Assembly (NCBI GenBank): GCA_907165135.1
Contig: OU015569.1
Span: forward strand, 5,022,001-5,086,000
Direction of reading: 5' to 3'
DNA length: 64,000 bases
Origin: Oikopleura dioica
Taxonomy: Eukaryota; Animalia; Chordata
Of the stretch, positions 60,554-64,000 are shown piece by piece; position 1 is the stretch's first letter, and every line of letters starts with the position of its first letter. The notes beneath the pieces were generated by a model that was not told the origin of the DNA, did no database searches, and saw only the letters and a list, made by a program, of their open reading frames with translations. The position numbers and the translations under genes were made by a program.

Positions 60554-63461
60554 ATGGCAAGGGGCCAAGGGTCCCAGTCAGTTATATGGACGATCAAAAG
60601 TATCGAGCTGTTTGAGATCAATTATTTGAACTTGAATCCTGGACAGGCCATCCTCCCACATGTGCTCGAGCTCGGGCTATTTCTTTAACACGCTTGCGAT
60701 ATCAAAATTTCTTCGTTTAGTCAACTCAAGTCTCACGGAAAAGGTCGGACTCTCCGCACCCCGTCGCATGCAACGCCGAAGAACGAGCTGATCACAAGTT
60801 TCCTCAGACAGCGACCGCCAAGAATCACCCAGCCAAATGTAAGATTCCTTAGTTTGAACTTAAAAGATCAAAATTGGAACTACTGGGTCTATTTTTTACT
60901 GAAATGTTTTTGAATATGTCCGAGATTCGGTAAATAGAATTTTCTTCTCTAGATAAATTGTTGTTATCCTAATTTGTCCCTGAGTTCTATCTCATTCACT
61001 GAAAGAGAGATCGCAATGGCAGAGGAATCCATTTCATTAGTTGTCCCTATTTCGAAGATGACATTGAAAGAATCCCCACCAAAGCCGGCTTGTAGGCCGC
61101 TAGTCTTTAAGAAAAACAAGGAGGATGACGCTTCGGTAAGAAGAGCTGTGAGAGCTATGAATAACTGAAAAATGAGCGAAATTTCGAGGAGTCTAAGTGA
61201 GAAGGTTTATTTTTAGCGCCGACGCGTCTGCCTAGGGATACCTTTTCATTGAAGAATTTTTAGCTTGCTCCGATATCCGCCTTCTTGAAACTGGAGCCCC
61301 GCGCGGCGCCTCTCTAACTTGACCACAAACTCGGCTTCCTCGCATCATTAATAGTCTCCAGCTTGTCTACTCCCTTTAATTGGGAAGACGCAATTGGAAA
61401 GTTTTACATTTTTGATTACACATCAGCGAGACGAAATTTGAATTAAAGAATATTCATAAAACCGGGCTTATACTCCGCGTTCCGACTCAGTGGCCGCTTT
61501 ATCCGACTTTCGGTAGTTGTGTTCCAACGATAGAATTCAGCCAGCGAGAAATTTAGAGACCAACTTGATTTGATTGTAACTCAACTTAGTGATGTAATCG
61601 CCTACGAATGACGATTCTTAAAATTTCGACTATTTTTAGGGCAAAGAGAGAAAATCGTTTTAACAATGTTTAGCGGATGAGTGATGAGTCCTCAACAGAT
61701 GCATCTACAAATCCAGCTGCCGAGGAACGAGTACCACAGCCCAAGAGAACATGTCCACTGCCAAACATCACATGGGCTGAGCGGGAGCACGTCTGGGCAG
61801 AGCTGATCAAGCGCGAGAAACGACACAGACTCGACATGAAAGTTTTGAGCCATCATCCCGAAGTGACTCCGAGAATGCGCAGCGTTCTCATTGACTGGTT
61901 GATGGAGGTCAGCGAAGTCTATCGTCTCCACAGGTAAAGCATCAAAACATTGAGCAGCATAACTAACAGTAGCCAAGAGAAACAGTGTACAACGCCGTGA
62001 CATACGTGGATCGTTACTTAGCCCGTCAGACGCACCCTGTGCGCAAAAACGAGCTCCAGCTGATAGGCGTTTCTGCCCTTTTCTTCTCCGCCAAGCTGGA
62101 AGAGATCTACCCTCCGAAGCTAGTGGATTTTGCCTACGTTACCGATTCGGCGTGTACAGAAGTGGAGATGAGGGAAATGGAGCTGATAATGTTAAAGGTT
62201 CGGTTCCGACTTTTGTTTTTGGAAAGCTGCCACATCGTGAAACCTCATCAGGAAACGGCTAGGGGGATCGGCGAGGGATTAAACTAGATTTCAATCAAGT
62301 CCTTTAGAAGCTCCAGTGGGAGTTGAGCACGCCAACAGCGATCAGCTGGCTCAATCTCTACCTCCAAGTCGCCCAATTGCCGATGAACAACGATCACTTC
62401 CATCTCCCGCAGTATCCACAAGAGACATTTGTCCAGATCGCCCAGGTTTTTTTTTCGTGAAGAAATCTAATGAAAATTTAATTATTTTAGCTTATTGACC
62501 TCTGTCTGCTTGATATTCAATCGTTGAAGTTTTTGCCATCTCAGCTTGCCGCTGCCTGTTTATATCACTTTAGCTTGGGGTCGATCATTTTACAAATCAT
62601 TATCTAGTAGAACTTGAAAATTCGGGGCTTGAATCAACCCCTTTATTAGTAGTGAGGATATTGCACTCGACTGCTCCGGCTACAAAATGGAAGAAATTGC
62701 TGCTGCAATAAAGTAGGCAACTAATTTTAAACTCACGGACTAACAAATACCCCCAAGATGGGTGACTCCTTTTGCCGAGACGATTCGTGACGAAGGCCTT
62801 GCAGCATTGAAGTCGTTCCGAAAAGTCAAAGTAGAGGACGCGCACAACATTCAAACCCACATCAACAACGTTACTGTGCTTGTAAGTTTTCCTTTATGTT
62901 GTCAACGCGGATTTTAAAACTTGCTGTCAGGAGAAAGCGCAGGCATTACAGACGAGTCGTTTCTCGCAACTATCGACGACATCTTCAAGCCGATGGAGCG
63001 CCACCCCTGAGACGCCGACAGACCTCAACATCCTCGTGACCCCTCAAAGTGAGGAGAGCTCGAAAGAAAACCCCTCAAATCCAGCTTCCACACGTTCCCG
63101 AAAGCGCCCCTCGGTCGAGCCAGTCGCCGCGCACATTGACCCCAAACGGCTAGCATCAGAAAGCGGCGCTTTCCCAGCAACACCTGACACCTCGCCACTG
63201 GCTTTGAGCCACTCCTCCTCGTTGTCCACGTCCCCTAATGCCGGCCAGAGTGGCAGTGCCAGTGGCAGCACCTCCGAAATCGCCCCCGAAGACATTGAAG
63301 ACGACGAAGATGATGTTCCCGAGCGAGTGCCCTTTGCGCCCCTCAAATACGAAGAAGAAAGCCAAGACTCGACTGGGAGCAGTCTCTCAGCGACTGATCT
63401 CGCCGAAGAGATTGATTTGCCACTTGAAGACGAGAGTGCCGATGTGCAGCCGATTAGTTAA
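60554..63461 (+). CDS. CCNE: Cyclin E, with alternative first exons
   Basis: [23 protein letters not shown]...LQLIGVSALFFSAKLEEIYPPKLVDFAYVTDSAC...SWLNLYLQVA...LPQYPQETFVQIAQ...VEDAHNIQTH. Confidence 0.97.
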
Positions 63462-64000
63462 ACTTAGGAAGGGGCTGTCAATCTCGCTCTGGTCAGTATT
63501 TAAAATAGAGTTTCAAAATCTCTCTCTCTCTCTCTTCAAATTCACATCCCTCCCACAGTTCTCTTCCGTTTTCCAGGCTGGAAAACATTCTAGGCCGAGA
63601 AAGGTGAAAACAAGGTGTCCTTCTCGAAGGCCTGCTCCTCGTCAGTTATCTTCCGTTATCGAAAGTAAACAGCGTTTCTGGTGCGCGTCAAAAGCGAATT
63701 GGAATATTTCAATACCCCTCTGTATTATAAGTTCAATCCACGTTTGCGGCCTTCCCCACAATTTCTTCCAAAAAAGAAAATACAAGCATTGTGCCCTGCT
63801 TTCTTCTGCAAACCAAAATTAATATCTAATAATGCCCTGTGTTAGTAACCCTGCTCTTGACCCCGAAACCCTCTTTTTCGACAATTTCAACACTCAGTTC
63901 AAGGATGCACTCGCCTTAACTCTGTGCTCTAAAAATCAATTTTGCCATAAAAAACAGAACATAATAACAACGCAGCATTCGTTTCGTCTCCTGTGATGGC

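Overview
Eukaryotic, gene-dense, AT-rich genomic DNA. The very short introns (about 35-60 nt), some with GC/GA donors, are most consistent with the larvacean tunicate Oikopleura dioica (inferred from gene style, not from a search). Recognisable host genes: PLAT-domain protein, ubiquitin-like-domain protein, SRCR protein, EGF+SEA secreted protein, SLC27A/FATP, BACH-like BTB-bZIP, ANKLE1, HDGF-type PWWP protein, RBPJ/Su(H), an O-fucosyltransferase-family protein, a RING/TRAF-zinc-finger protein and cyclin E. RNA genes: U2 snRNA and an intronic tRNA-Glu(TTC). The dominant feature is a 13.6-kb CACTA/CMC-type DNA transposon (27825-41439, about 470-bp TIRs) inserted inside a coding exon of ANKLE1; removing it restores the ANKLE1 reading frame. 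It carries a spliced CMC transposase, a Ulp1-type SUMO-protease domain, an SGNH-hydrolase-like gene, an acidic repeat protein, a tRNA-like Pol III unit, AGGTCA DR4 arrays in both TIRs, and a nested hAT element made almost entirely of GCTGA satellite. Several hAT MITEs and a three-level nested MITE complex lie elsewhere. Gene models were built by hand translation; no database searches were run.
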